Assembly (NCBI GenBank): GCA_017615325.1
Contig: JAGAAI010000074.1
Location: forward strand, 20,675 to 84,674
Direction: 5' to 3'
DNA from: Clostridiales bacterium
GTDB lineage: Bacteria > Bacillota > Clostridia > Saccharofermentanales > Saccharofermentanaceae
Length of the DNA stretch: 64,000 bases
Shown here: positions 50,570 through 58,688 of the stretch, one piece after another
How the letters are laid out: every line of letters starts with the position of its first letter
Numbering within the stretch: the first letter of the stretch is position 1
Program-made: the position numbers and the translations under genes
Notes under the pieces: model-generated
Database searches by the model: none
Told to the model about the DNA's origin: nothing
What the model saw: only the letters and a program-made list of their open reading frames with translations

Positions 50570-51217
50570 TCAGTCTTTTTTCGAGAAATCGTAGTTCAAA
50601 GGACTTGTAAGCGAGAATGTATTGCATACATCGTCGATCAGGTCACTCTGCTTCTCTTCCAGTATATAGTTTATCACCATTACTTTATCTTTTATCTGGT
50701 AAGCACAGCCCCCCGAATTTGCCGAGAGCTTAAAGACATAGTATCTGATCCCGTCTTTAACAATGGTCCTCTCCTGCGAAGGAGCGGCATATGCGTCAGG
50801 GTCAATGGACTTGGAATTTTCAGCTGTTACATTGATATAATTATTGCGGATATAATCTTCCGCCTCATTCTCTGATCCGAACGATCTGAGTTCCACGTTC
50901 ACGAGATCCTGCTGTCCTGCTGCGGATATTGCACCGGTAAATTTCTCCCGGCTTTCATCGCCTTTTGTGATCTTGTAGTAGGCAAAGCCTCTATTGAGGT
51001 CTGCAGGTTCTACATAAGAGCCTAAGTATTTGTCAAAGGATTCTCCCGAAGGCAGAGGCTCTGCCTTGTGTTTTGTGAATATCTGTTCCAATGAATCAAA
51101 TGACAGACCGCTTGCTTTTTTTTCGCAGCCAGTGGCTCCAAAGATCATTCCTGCAGCCAGCGCAAAAACTGATGCCTTCAATAAAGTATCTGAGATCTTC
51201 ATGATCTGTACCCCCAA
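50570..51217 (-). CDS. hypothetical lipoprotein
   Basis: 215 aa with a signal peptide ending GATGC. Confidence 0.65.
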   Translation of the reverse strand: MGVQIMKISDTLLKASVFALAAGMIFGATGCEKKASGLSFDSLEQIFTKHKAEPLPSGESFDKYLGSYVEPADLNRGFAYYKITKGDESREKFTGAISAAGQQDLVNVELRSFGSENEAEDYIRNNYINVTAENSKSIDPDAYAAPSQERTIVKDGIRYYVFKLSANSGGCAYQIKDKVMVINYILEEKQSDLIDDVCNTFSLTSPLNYDFSKKD

Positions 51218-51293
51218 TACAAATAGTTTATATCAATTAATACAAACTAAAACATGAAATTGTTGCAGGAAAGATCTGCGCACCGGCTCTTTC

Positions 51294-51410
51294 TTAATGA
51301 TATCTGAATATCTCTCCAAAAGGATAGGCCAGACAATCTTCAACCTTAAGATTAAATCTGTCCAAAACTGCTTCCCATTCTTTGTCAGCTGCAACACTTA
51401 TACCGATCAC
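51294..51410 (-). pseudogene. 38-codon ORF resembling the N-terminus of a nucleoside phosphorylase/MTA nucleosidase-family protein (possible gene remnant)
   Basis: GTG lies 7 nt after AGGAGG. Translation is (M)IGISVAADKEWEAVLDRFNLKVEDCLAYPFGEIFRYH then stop. No continuation is seen in any frame. Confidence 0.3.
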
Positions 51411-51460
51411 CTTAGCGCCTCCTTGATATCCTCATCTATTCGATAATAATAAAAGCCGTC

Positions 51461-51502
51461 ATAAAATCAAAGAAGGAAGCCTCTTAGCTAAGCTCCCTTC
51501 TC
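51461..51502 (-). terminator. rho-independent terminator after the GG-leader peptide gene
   Basis: Minus strand reads AGAAGGGAGC-loop-GGCTTCCTTCT followed by TTGATTTTAT. Confidence 0.65.
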
Positions 51503-51537
51503 TGATTAATGCTGATCCATTAACTTCCCTTATCAGA

Positions 51538-51801
51538 TCACAGGGCTATGTTCGCCCACTCGGTAACGTAGGTCGTCCCGTTCAATTCAACAGTGCAGTA
51601 ATCAACACCTGCGATATTGTAACGGAACTCAGGGTGAACTCTGATCTTCTGACCGGCCTGGATCTGACCTACGACCTCCCTGATATTTCTCGGGTTATAG
51701 AGGTTCCCGTTCTGAGCTACAGTTGCATCAGTAAAGCTCTCGGGTCCTTCGATCTCACCGCCTGTAACAAAATCCAGATCATTAACATTCAGCTCATCCA
51801 T
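51538..51801 (-). CDS. double-glycine-leader peptide with SH3b-like 72-aa core
   Basis: MDELNVNDLDFVTGG / EIEG... has hydrophobic residues at -4, -7, -12 and -15 and Asp at -8. The core VVGQIQAGQKIRV...YCTVELNGTTYVT fits the bacterial SH3 pattern. AAGGAGG lies 10 nt before the ATG. Confidence 0.75.
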   Translation of the reverse strand: MDELNVNDLDFVTGGEIEGPESFTDATVAQNGNLYNPRNIREVVGQIQAGQKIRVHPEFRYNIAGVDYCTVELNGTTYVTEWANIAL

Positions 51802-51969
51802 AAAGCATCTACCTCCTTATGTTCTACCAGTTAATTATAAATCTCTTTTTCGTTTTCTGTGTTGCACAAGTGTTAATTAGTTATAAAATTTGAACACCGG
51901 TATCTGTTTACATTCCAAATACGATATGCGACAATAAGCAGGTAATAATTTTATTAACAGAGGTGCGAT

Positions 51970-53253
51970 ATGCCTGAATTCTTAAAAGATCTGACAGCCG
52001 TTGGCATTGTCGATCAGGTCATCTTCTATTTCTTCCTCGTCCTCTTTATCTGGGGCGGGACCAACAAGTTCGGACGCAAAAACGAAATCAACGACGACTA
52101 TACAAGTCTTGAGACCATGAAGTCCTTAAGAGGCTTTGCTGCGATCGGCGTTATCCTCCACCACATTTCACAGGTGGATATGTTCCAGCAGAAAGGGATC
52201 CTGGCACCCTTCCTTAATGCCGGTGCCTACTTCGTAGCGATCTTCTTTTTCTGCTCCGGTTACGGACTCATCAAGAGTCTTGATTCAAAGCCGGATTACC
52301 TTAAGGGATTTGTCAGGAAAAGGATCGTAAAAGCCATCGTCCTTCCCTTCTACGTTAATATTCTTTTCTATGTTTTCTATAACCTGGGCGATGCTCTTAC
52401 CGGAACCAATATACCGGCAGAAAGATGGATCCTGAACTTAACGGGTATCACCATGATGAACCCCTTCGGCTGGTACCCTGTCGTCATCGCGCTCCTCTAT
52501 CTGGTTTTCTTCCTAAGCTTCCGCTTCATCAAGAAGCGTCCCATTGCGCTCGGCATAGTTCTCCTCTTCATCATCGCAATGGGAATCGGATTCTGCTTCA
52601 ACGGACACTTCGTATGGTGGGTCGGAAAGAAAAACTGGTGGCTTAGTCCCGCAGCAAACACCGCGCCCTGGTGGCAGCAGCAGAAGGTCTTCTGGTTCAA
52701 CGGTGAATGGTGGGTCAATTCGGCTCCCGCTTTCTTCACGGGACTTCTTTTCGCAAGTTACGAGAAACATATCGCAGGATTCTTCAAGAAACTTTATGTT
52801 GTTAAGTTCCACGTCCTGCTCATCCTCACCATGATCTTCTACAAGCTCTCAGCTTTCGGTCAGACTAAGTTCGGCTACTGGACAGAATACGCCGGCAAGG
52901 GTCCCGGTATCGAAGACAAGATCAAGACATACTTCTGTCAGGTTCCTCTCTTCCTCTTCCTGGGTCTTACGATAATCATCTTCCTCATGAAGTATCATGT
53001 GAGCAACCCCATAAGCCGCTTCTTCGGCAAGTATTCGTTCCACACATATCTTATGAACCTGCTTGCGATCGGGATAATGATCCTTATCTTTACTCCCCAG
53101 GTACAGAAAACCGTCGGCAAATTCTCTACCATCGTCTTTGCAATAGGCGTGTTCGCGTTTACGATCGGCCTCGGCATCCTGGAGCAGAAGGTTACCGGGC
53201 TGCTTCAGAAAGTCCTCTTCAAGGAGAAGAAGAAAAAGGAAGTTGCTGCCTGA
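51970..53253 (+). CDS. acyltransferase family 3 membrane protein
   Basis: 427 aa with about ten transmembrane helices. The LRGFAAIGVILHH motif is typical of the acyltransferase_3 family. Confidence 0.8.
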   Translation: MPEFLKDLTAVGIVDQVIFYFFLVLFIWGGTNKFGRKNEINDDYTSLETMKSLRGFAAIGVILHHISQVDMFQQKGILAPFLNAGAYFVAIFFFCSGYGLIKSLDSKPDYLKGFVRKRIVKAIVLPFYVNILFYVFYNLGDALTGTNIPAERWILNLTGITMMNPFGWYPVVIALLYLVFFLSFRFIKKRPIALGIVLLFIIAMGIGFCFNGHFVWWVGKKNWWLSPAANTAPWWQQQKVFWFNGEWWVNSAPAFFTGLLFASYEKHIAGFFKKLYVVKFHVLLILTMIFYKLSAFGQTKFGYWTEYAGKGPGIEDKIKTYFCQVPLFLFLGLTIIIFLMKYHVSNPISRFFGKYSFHTYLMNLLAIGIMILIFTPQVQKTVGKFSTIVFAIGVFAFTIGLGILEQKVTGLLQKVLFKEKKKKEVAA

Positions 53254-53301
53254 TATTAGATTAAGCAGATCTGATCATCTTTCTTTGTTAAAAAAATCAG
53301 C

Positions 53302-53389
53302 GTGTTCCAAAATGTTTCTATAGGACTTTTGGAGCACGTTTTTTCTTTATATCGTGCTCCAAATTGTTTCTACAGGACTTTTGGAACAC
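53302..53389. repeat. 88-bp composite palindrome: two direct 37-nt copies, each with inverted arms
   Basis: GTGTTCCAAAA-TGTTTCTATAGGAC-TTTTGGAGCAC(G) at 53302-53338 and (C)GTGCTCCAAAT-TGTTTCTACAGGAC-TTTTGGAACAC at 53353-53389. The first copy is followed by TTTTTT and can terminate the acyltransferase gene. Confidence 0.7.
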
Positions 53390-53441
53390 AAAGCCAAATC
53401 AAGGAAGCGGAGTCCCTTTCAATTTGTTTTCCACTATAGCT

Positions 53442-54296
53442 TTACTTTATTTCGAATATGAAAGAATCATAACCTGTTATATTTCCGCTCTCTTCATCGA
53501 CCCGTTCGCAGAGGAGCCTGTAGGTACCTGAGGCAAGAGGACTTTCAAAGACAAGAAAAATATCGTTTTCATCTGAAGGGGTAGATGACCATGTACCGGA
53601 TTCACCCATTATCGGAAGATCATACCATTCGCCATCCTTCTGATACTGAACATGTGACGGACCCGGTGAATAGTTATCGAATAAGAACTCCACCTCGATA
53701 TCACGCACCTTTTTCCATGATGCGATCGATATTTCACCGATTATCTTATCCTCCGGGATCTCAGTTTTCCTGAGCGGCTCCGGCTCATCTGTTTCTTTGG
53801 CAAGATCAAACTCGGCAGCCAGACAATAATCATTCCCGCCATCTTCCGATATATCCTTTATCATCCTGTAATGGCCCTCGGGTAAAGTGCCCGTTCCGTC
53901 AAGGTAGACCGTAAATGATCTTGTGTTAGCGATTTTCTCCTCAAAACCATCGATCATTGCCTTCCCATCGACAGATCCCAACATATAGGCTTCCATAGTA
54001 AATCCATAGTTTTCATCGAAAGGTATCTGATACCATTCATTCCCGTATCTGTATTCGAGATGATAGAGATTGCCGTAAGAATAAGACTTGTCACTGTTAT
54101 TTACCAACGTGACCTCTACCTTACGGTTCCAGATGACCTTTACGGTCATATCCACCTTATGATCGTTATAATCTGACAGTACAGTAGTAGATTTCTCCTT
54201 GTAGGGATTAACATCTGCCTGGCAGGCTGCAGCTCCGATCGCCATAGATATAGCGATCGCTGACAGCAAAATGCTTTTTATTCTTCCTGATCTCAT
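53442..54296 (-). CDS. hypothetical lipoprotein
   Basis: 284 aa with lipobox GAAAC. No catalytic motif recognised. Confidence 0.65.
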   Translation of the reverse strand: MRSGRIKSILLSAIAISMAIGAAACQADVNPYKEKSTTVLSDYNDHKVDMTVKVIWNRKVEVTLVNNSDKSYSYGNLYHLEYRYGNEWYQIPFDENYGFTMEAYMLGSVDGKAMIDGFEEKIANTRSFTVYLDGTGTLPEGHYRMIKDISEDGGNDYCLAAEFDLAKETDEPEPLRKTEIPEDKIIGEISIASWKKVRDIEVEFLFDNYSPGPSHVQYQKDGEWYDLPIMGESGTWSSTPSDENDIFLVFESPLASGTYRLLCERVDEESGNITGYDSFIFEIK

Positions 54297-54318
54297 TTAG
54301 TCCACCCCTTTACTCATG

Positions 54319-54603
54319 TCACCAGTCTTCTTTTAATTCCGTACTCACGGGGCTGCCGCACTCCGGACAAAAAAGTGCGTTGTCGCCGCCCAGCCGTCTA
54401 ACATTCCAACTGTATCCGCAATCTGTGCAGGTATGAGTCGTCACCATGGGCGGACCATAGACACAGCAATTGATATTCTCATAAGGAAGGAAATCGCCTT
54501 CTCCCCTGGGAGTACCGCAATATCTGCAAAAAAGGTCGTTGTCTCTCATCGGTTCGTGACAGTTACCGCAGCGTCCGCTATAGTCAGTCGACATTTCTCT
54601 CAT
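54319..54603 (-). CDS. double zinc-ribbon protein
   Basis: 94 aa with CGNC...CRYCG and CTDCG...CPECG pairs. Confidence 0.65.
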   Translation of the reverse strand: MREMSTDYSGRCGNCHEPMRDNDLFCRYCGTPRGEGDFLPYENINCCVYGPPMVTTHTCTDCGYSWNVRRLGGDNALFCPECGSPVSTELKEDW

Positions 54604-54667
54604 AGCAAGATCCTCCCGAAAGCATATATCTTCATTATACTCCCCGGCAAGAACAATTAATGTGGCA

Positions 54668-55507
54668 TTAACTATTCAATATCTCGATCACACCCTTGGC
54701 ATCAGGATCGCCTTTGATGATCTCTCCTACTGAATTTACAGAAAGTTTGCCGCTGTAGAAATTCTTGATACTTATAAGATCAGATAAGATGACACCCTCA
54801 GCCTCCGACTTCTCGAAAGCAAGATCTGCGTCTTCCATCCTGCAGTCTATGAGCTTTAAGCCCTTACAATAACAGAAAGGCTGAGTACCCCTTATCGTGC
54901 AATTGACGAAGGTCAGGTTTTCGCTGTACCAGCCTATGTATTCGCCGTTGATGGTGCAGTCTTTAATGGTAATGTTCTTAGCATGCCAGAAAGCATCTTT
55001 CGTATCGAAGATGCAGTCCTTGATCTCACCGCGTTCAGTGTATTGGAAAGAGTACTTGCCCTTAAGTCTAACGTCTTTAAGCACAATATCTGTTGATCTC
55101 ATGAGAAAGTATTCGCTCACAACAGCACAGTTGGTCATGCTGATATCGTTGACAAACCAGCCGAATTCAGGCGATTCGATGTCGCAGTTGTTAAGTTTAA
55201 TCTTCCCGCACTCTCTTACAGCCTTGATCCCGTGAAGCTTTGTGTTTTCGATGACGGCATTGTCCGTATACCAGAGGGCGGCGCGGCAGAGCGGAGTCAT
55301 CTCGGAATCTTTGATCTTAAGGCCGTGGTTATGCCAGAAAGGATATCTTAAATTGAAGTAGCAGTCGCTGGCAACGATATTGCTGCTCTCCTTGAACGCA
55401 CTCTCGCCATCGGCGGGGCCGTCGAAGCGGCAGGATCTGGCTTCCAGGTCCCGGCTGCCATATAGAGCCCTTTCTTCGTCAGTTATAAGATTACTGATTA
55501 TCTCCAT
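54668..55507 (-). CDS. right-handed beta-helix repeat protein (DUF3737-like)
   Basis: Repeating ~22-aa turns (NC.I/ F.N... motifs). Start is set at MEIISNL (ATG 55505-55507), 6 nt after AGAGGGA. Confidence 0.7.
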   Translation of the reverse strand: MEIISNLITDEERALYGSRDLEARSCRFDGPADGESAFKESSNIVASDCYFNLRYPFWHNHGLKIKDSEMTPLCRAALWYTDNAVIENTKLHGIKAVRECGKIKLNNCDIESPEFGWFVNDISMTNCAVVSEYFLMRSTDIVLKDVRLKGKYSFQYTERGEIKDCIFDTKDAFWHAKNITIKDCTINGEYIGWYSENLTFVNCTIRGTQPFCYCKGLKLIDCRMEDADLAFEKSEAEGVILSDLISIKNFYSGKLSVNSVGEIIKGDPDAKGVIEILNS

Positions 55508-55575
55508 AACAGTTCCCTCTTTATCAAAGATGCATTTATTATACATTTTTCTTTTCGCGTCTTATACTCAAACAG

Positions 55576-56499
55576 TTAACTTATCAAGGCGAAAAGTGAC
55601 ATCATCGCAGTTATCGTAAAGAGGGATATGACAGTTGTTACCGCGATGGCAAGTGAGAGGGTCGATGTATCCTCCCCCATCTTCTCAGCCTGTATCAGAG
55701 GCAGGTTTCCTATGGGCACGCAGGCCATGAGCGAGAGGGCCAGGACTGCCGTGTCGTTTACGTTCATGAGCGTAAAGAGACTGTAGATCAGGACAGGCAC
55801 CAGGATCATCCTGATAACGACATAGGCCCAGATCTTCTTATCCTTGAATCCTTCCCTGATGTTAGACCTGTAGATGGCTGCACCGAGGAGCGTCATCGAC
55901 AGAAAGACCGTTGCGTTCCCTATGTATGAGATCGTGCTGGAAAGGAAGGCCGGAAGCTTTATTCCGAACGCAAATATCACCAGACTTAAGACCGCCATTA
56001 TGGTGCCGGGATTTAAGATCTTCTTTAAGTCGGGCTTGCCCTTTTTGCCGGAGAGGATCATAACACCATGCGTATAGAAGAGGAGGCTATAGAGGACATT
56101 GATGACCACAACATAGATCATGGCATTAGGCGGCAATATCGCCCTGGCAACAGGTATCCCTATGAAACCGGTATTGGTATAGACGACCATCATGTTGAAG
56201 ATCCTCTTGCGGTCAGGTCCGACCCTAAGGATCCCGGGCAGCACGAATCCTAAGATCACGAGTATGGCGTAGAAGATCGCGCCCAGTCCCAAAGCGATCA
56301 GGACATCGAAGGGTCCTGCCGTAATGTCCCCCGACAGGATCGAAGCCAGGATAAGCGCCGGATTGCAGACATCCATGACGATCGTGGAAAGCTGCTTGGA
56401 TGTCAGCTTATCCGTAACGCCCCTGCGGCAAAGAAAGATACCGATCGAGACCAGTATCAGTATCACCGCCATCTGCTGCAAAATGCCCAAAGGACTCAT
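55576..56499 (-). CDS. AEC (auxin efflux carrier) family transporter
   Basis: About ten transmembrane helices in 5+5 organisation. Start is set at MSPLGILQQ (ATG 56497-56499), 7 nt after GGGAG. Confidence 0.75.
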   Translation of the reverse strand: MSPLGILQQMAVILILVSIGIFLCRRGVTDKLTSKQLSTIVMDVCNPALILASILSGDITAGPFDVLIALGLGAIFYAILVILGFVLPGILRVGPDRKRIFNMMVVYTNTGFIGIPVARAILPPNAMIYVVVINVLYSLLFYTHGVMILSGKKGKPDLKKILNPGTIMAVLSLVIFAFGIKLPAFLSSTISYIGNATVFLSMTLLGAAIYRSNIREGFKDKKIWAYVVIRMILVPVLIYSLFTLMNVNDTAVLALSLMACVPIGNLPLIQAEKMGEDTSTLSLAIAVTTVISLFTITAMMSLFALIS

Positions 56500-56575
56500 A
56501 AAAACACTCCCGCTTAAAAATCTATTGCACACTATACCACAGATTCCGAGCGGGAGTTATAACTTATCTTCTATA

Positions 56576-57859
56576 TCACTTCGTATGGTCGAAAAGCCCC
56601 TCTGTCATGCCGTAGGCTATAACGTTTCCGACAATCCCGTCGACCCCGGTATTTAAGGAAGTGAGCTTGGTCTCAAAACTGTCGCCACTTGACATGTCCA
56701 GCACAAAATGCACCTCCTTGGGCTCGCACCTTAATGCCACGACATATATCCTGTATCCGTGAGTATCTTCGGGATAGGGCCCGACATAGCCTTCTTCCTT
56801 CTTCTTAAACTGGCCCTCATCCACATGAGTTCCTTCAACGACCGTATACCAGTGGAGCCAGTTAACCGCTTCCTCGTCGATCATAAGGATCGCATAGCAG
56901 GATGCGCCTTCAACTTCATCCCAGCTAAGTTCAGGTGAGATGTTCTCTTTCTTGACGCCTATCGCAGGCTTAAAGAAGTCCCCTTCCATGCTTTTCGATG
57001 CGACATTAAAAGTCGGCAGTTCCTCTTTATAAACCTTATCCTCACCTGCTCCGCCTAACACCTCAATGTCGTAAACCCTGCCGCCTATCGACTCGAAATC
57101 CCTGGTCAGTGCGATCTGGGCCTTCCCCTCATCCGTTGTCGCATTAAGGGTAATATCCCCCTTATCCGTAATCACGCCATCCAGGAACTTAAACTTCTGC
57201 TCGACCCTGCCGGCCCTACCTATCCATGTAAGCACGCCGTTTCCCATCGTCCCGAAAAGATGTTCATGCGGGTCATTCACGTCCTCCGTCAATCTGAAGG
57301 CAAACAGGCCCATATTGGGAGTAAACTTGATATAAAGATCCCCCATATCATCAGACGGCACCTTATCACCCATAAGTGTTCTGGCATAATCGGCCGATGC
57401 ATTGGTCATCTTCCACCTGCTCGCAGGGAAGAGTTCGTTATCAACCACCCATGAAGTGCAGTTCTCCTTCTCGATCTTCCATTCCCCCGTTGCAGGGTCA
57501 GGAACAAAGCTTACATCCTTGCTGATAGTCTGGGGCAAAAGTCCGGTCAGGTTTCCTGCAGCAAGTTCTATGCTGACCGTATCGCGGGCCGGTATCTCAC
57601 CGGAATCAAGTTTTTCTACATTATGAGACTTGATCTCCCCTTCTTCATACTGATCCAGATTAAGCAGTTCACTGACCTTGTCATCTGACACACCTGCGTT
57701 GTAATCGATATCTGTATTTATTTGCGGCTGGGTCGTCTCCGCCTCTGTGGGAGTGTCACCGGGGACAGCATCCCCAGCCGCCCCCGGCATTGAACATCCC
57801 ACAAGGGAACAAAGCAAAATTGCCGTGCAAACATTTATTGCTCTTTTCTTAATTTCCAT
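56576..57859 (-). CDS. lipoprotein with C-terminal PEBP (YbhB/YbcL) domain
   Basis: Start MEIKKRAINVCTAILLCSLVGC (ATG 57857-57859), 7 nt after GGGAGG. The C-terminal segment is ELSWDEVEGASCYAILMIDEEA...GYVGPYPEDTHGYRIYVVAL. Confidence 0.75.
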   Translation of the reverse strand: MEIKKRAINVCTAILLCSLVGCSMPGAAGDAVPGDTPTEAETTQPQINTDIDYNAGVSDDKVSELLNLDQYEEGEIKSHNVEKLDSGEIPARDTVSIELAAGNLTGLLPQTISKDVSFVPDPATGEWKIEKENCTSWVVDNELFPASRWKMTNASADYARTLMGDKVPSDDMGDLYIKFTPNMGLFAFRLTEDVNDPHEHLFGTMGNGVLTWIGRAGRVEQKFKFLDGVITDKGDITLNATTDEGKAQIALTRDFESIGGRVYDIEVLGGAGEDKVYKEELPTFNVASKSMEGDFFKPAIGVKKENISPELSWDEVEGASCYAILMIDEEAVNWLHWYTVVEGTHVDEGQFKKKEEGYVGPYPEDTHGYRIYVVALRCEPKEVHFVLDMSSGDSFETKLTSLNTGVDGIVGNVIAYGMTEGLFDHTK

Positions 57860-57967
57860 GATCATTCCTCCCGAATCCATTTGATCTTGACTAAACTTTA
57901 CAGTGGAAATAGTTTTTTCATGAGGAATATATGCATGGTTTTTGGTAATATCCGCACAAGATAAGAC

Positions 57968-57995
57968 TTGCAATCCCGCATAGAAATTATATAAT
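57968..57995 (+). promoter_or_regulatory. sigma-A type promoter of ssrA
   Basis: TTGCAA (57968-57973), a 16-nt spacer, then TATAAT (57990-57995), about 30 nt before the mature tmRNA 5' end. Confidence 0.65.
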
Positions 57996-58025
57996 CAGTT
58001 ATTCGCATAACAGCGGTTAAGACAC

Positions 58026-58402
58026 GGGGGCGTTCCGGTCTCGACATGGCTGTTGCAACCGAGAAAGCGGGTGGAGGATTCTCGTTGTGCCTCCTTAAAA
58101 AACGGGAACTTGCAAGTAATTGCAGACAATACACAGCTCGTAGCAGCTTAAGCTACCTGCCCGGTCACTCTATCTGCGGATGACCGGGGTGGTCCTTAGC
58201 AGACCTTTGCCGAAGGAGGTCAGTCGGCAGGAGGATCCGGCAAAGCTTTGAGCCGGTGACGCCTTAAATCCATGAAGCTACCGGAACCGACGCCCGTCGA
58301 CGGGCTACGCGGGAATGGGAATGATCCATCCGTCGACTGCACCCGGAGATGTCTCGGTGAATACGGTTGTGGACAGGAGTTCGACTCTCCTCGCCTCCAC
58401 CA
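58026..58402 (+). ncRNA. ssrA: transfer-messenger RNA (tmRNA)
   Basis: 5' GGGGGCG pairs with 3' CGCCUCC-A-CCA, including the G3.U alanine identity pair. T-arm is GGAGTTCGACTCTCC. The internal tag reading frame ends ...GCA GAC AAT ACA CAG CTC GTA GCA GCT TAA (ADNTQLVAA*, stop 58149-58151). Confidence 0.95.
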
Positions 58403-58406
58403 ATAC

Positions 58407-58486
58407 GCAAATACCCTTTGCTCTTGGCTTCGAACAGGTCCTCGGCGCGAGGCACCTGCGGAACTTGCAGAGCAAAGGGTATTTGC
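58407..58486 (+). repeat. 18-bp perfect inverted repeat with nested hairpins immediately 3' of ssrA
   Basis: GCAAATACCCTTTGCTCT (58407-58424) pairs with AGAGCAAAGGGTATTTGC (58469-58486). The 44-nt spacer contains CAGGT/ACCTG and CCTCG-GCG-CGAGG stems. Confidence 0.8.
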
Positions 58487-58578
58487 TTGCCGAGTGCGGA
58501 AACAGCCAGGCATTTGTTATTTGCTTCACAGAGGTGCTTCTCCTCTTTTGATCAGTCCTTAACTACAGAAAACGTAGT

Positions 58579-58658
58579 GGTTTTTGTAGGTTTTTGTAGG
58601 TTTTTGTAAGCATTTGTGAGCATTTGTGAGATTTTCCGGCCGCTTTAGGGTTTATGAT
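58579..58658 (+). promoter_or_regulatory. phased 10-bp repeat cassette (3 x GGTTTTTGTA, 2 x AGCATTTGTG) plus TATGAT box
   Basis: Five in-phase decamers lie at 58579-58630. Then GATTTTCCGGCCGCTTTAGGGTT-TATGAT follows. This parallels 20531-20591, with the same 23-nt distance from the last TTGTGA to TATGAT. Confidence 0.5.
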
Positions 58659-58688
58659 TAGAGTATATAAATCCAAGGAGGCAAAGCC

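Noticed and set aside
58220-58609. Six overlapping 63-97-aa ORFs on both strands
   Set aside because: They fall inside or right next to the tmRNA gene and its 3' hairpin. They are artefacts of a GC-rich structured RNA.
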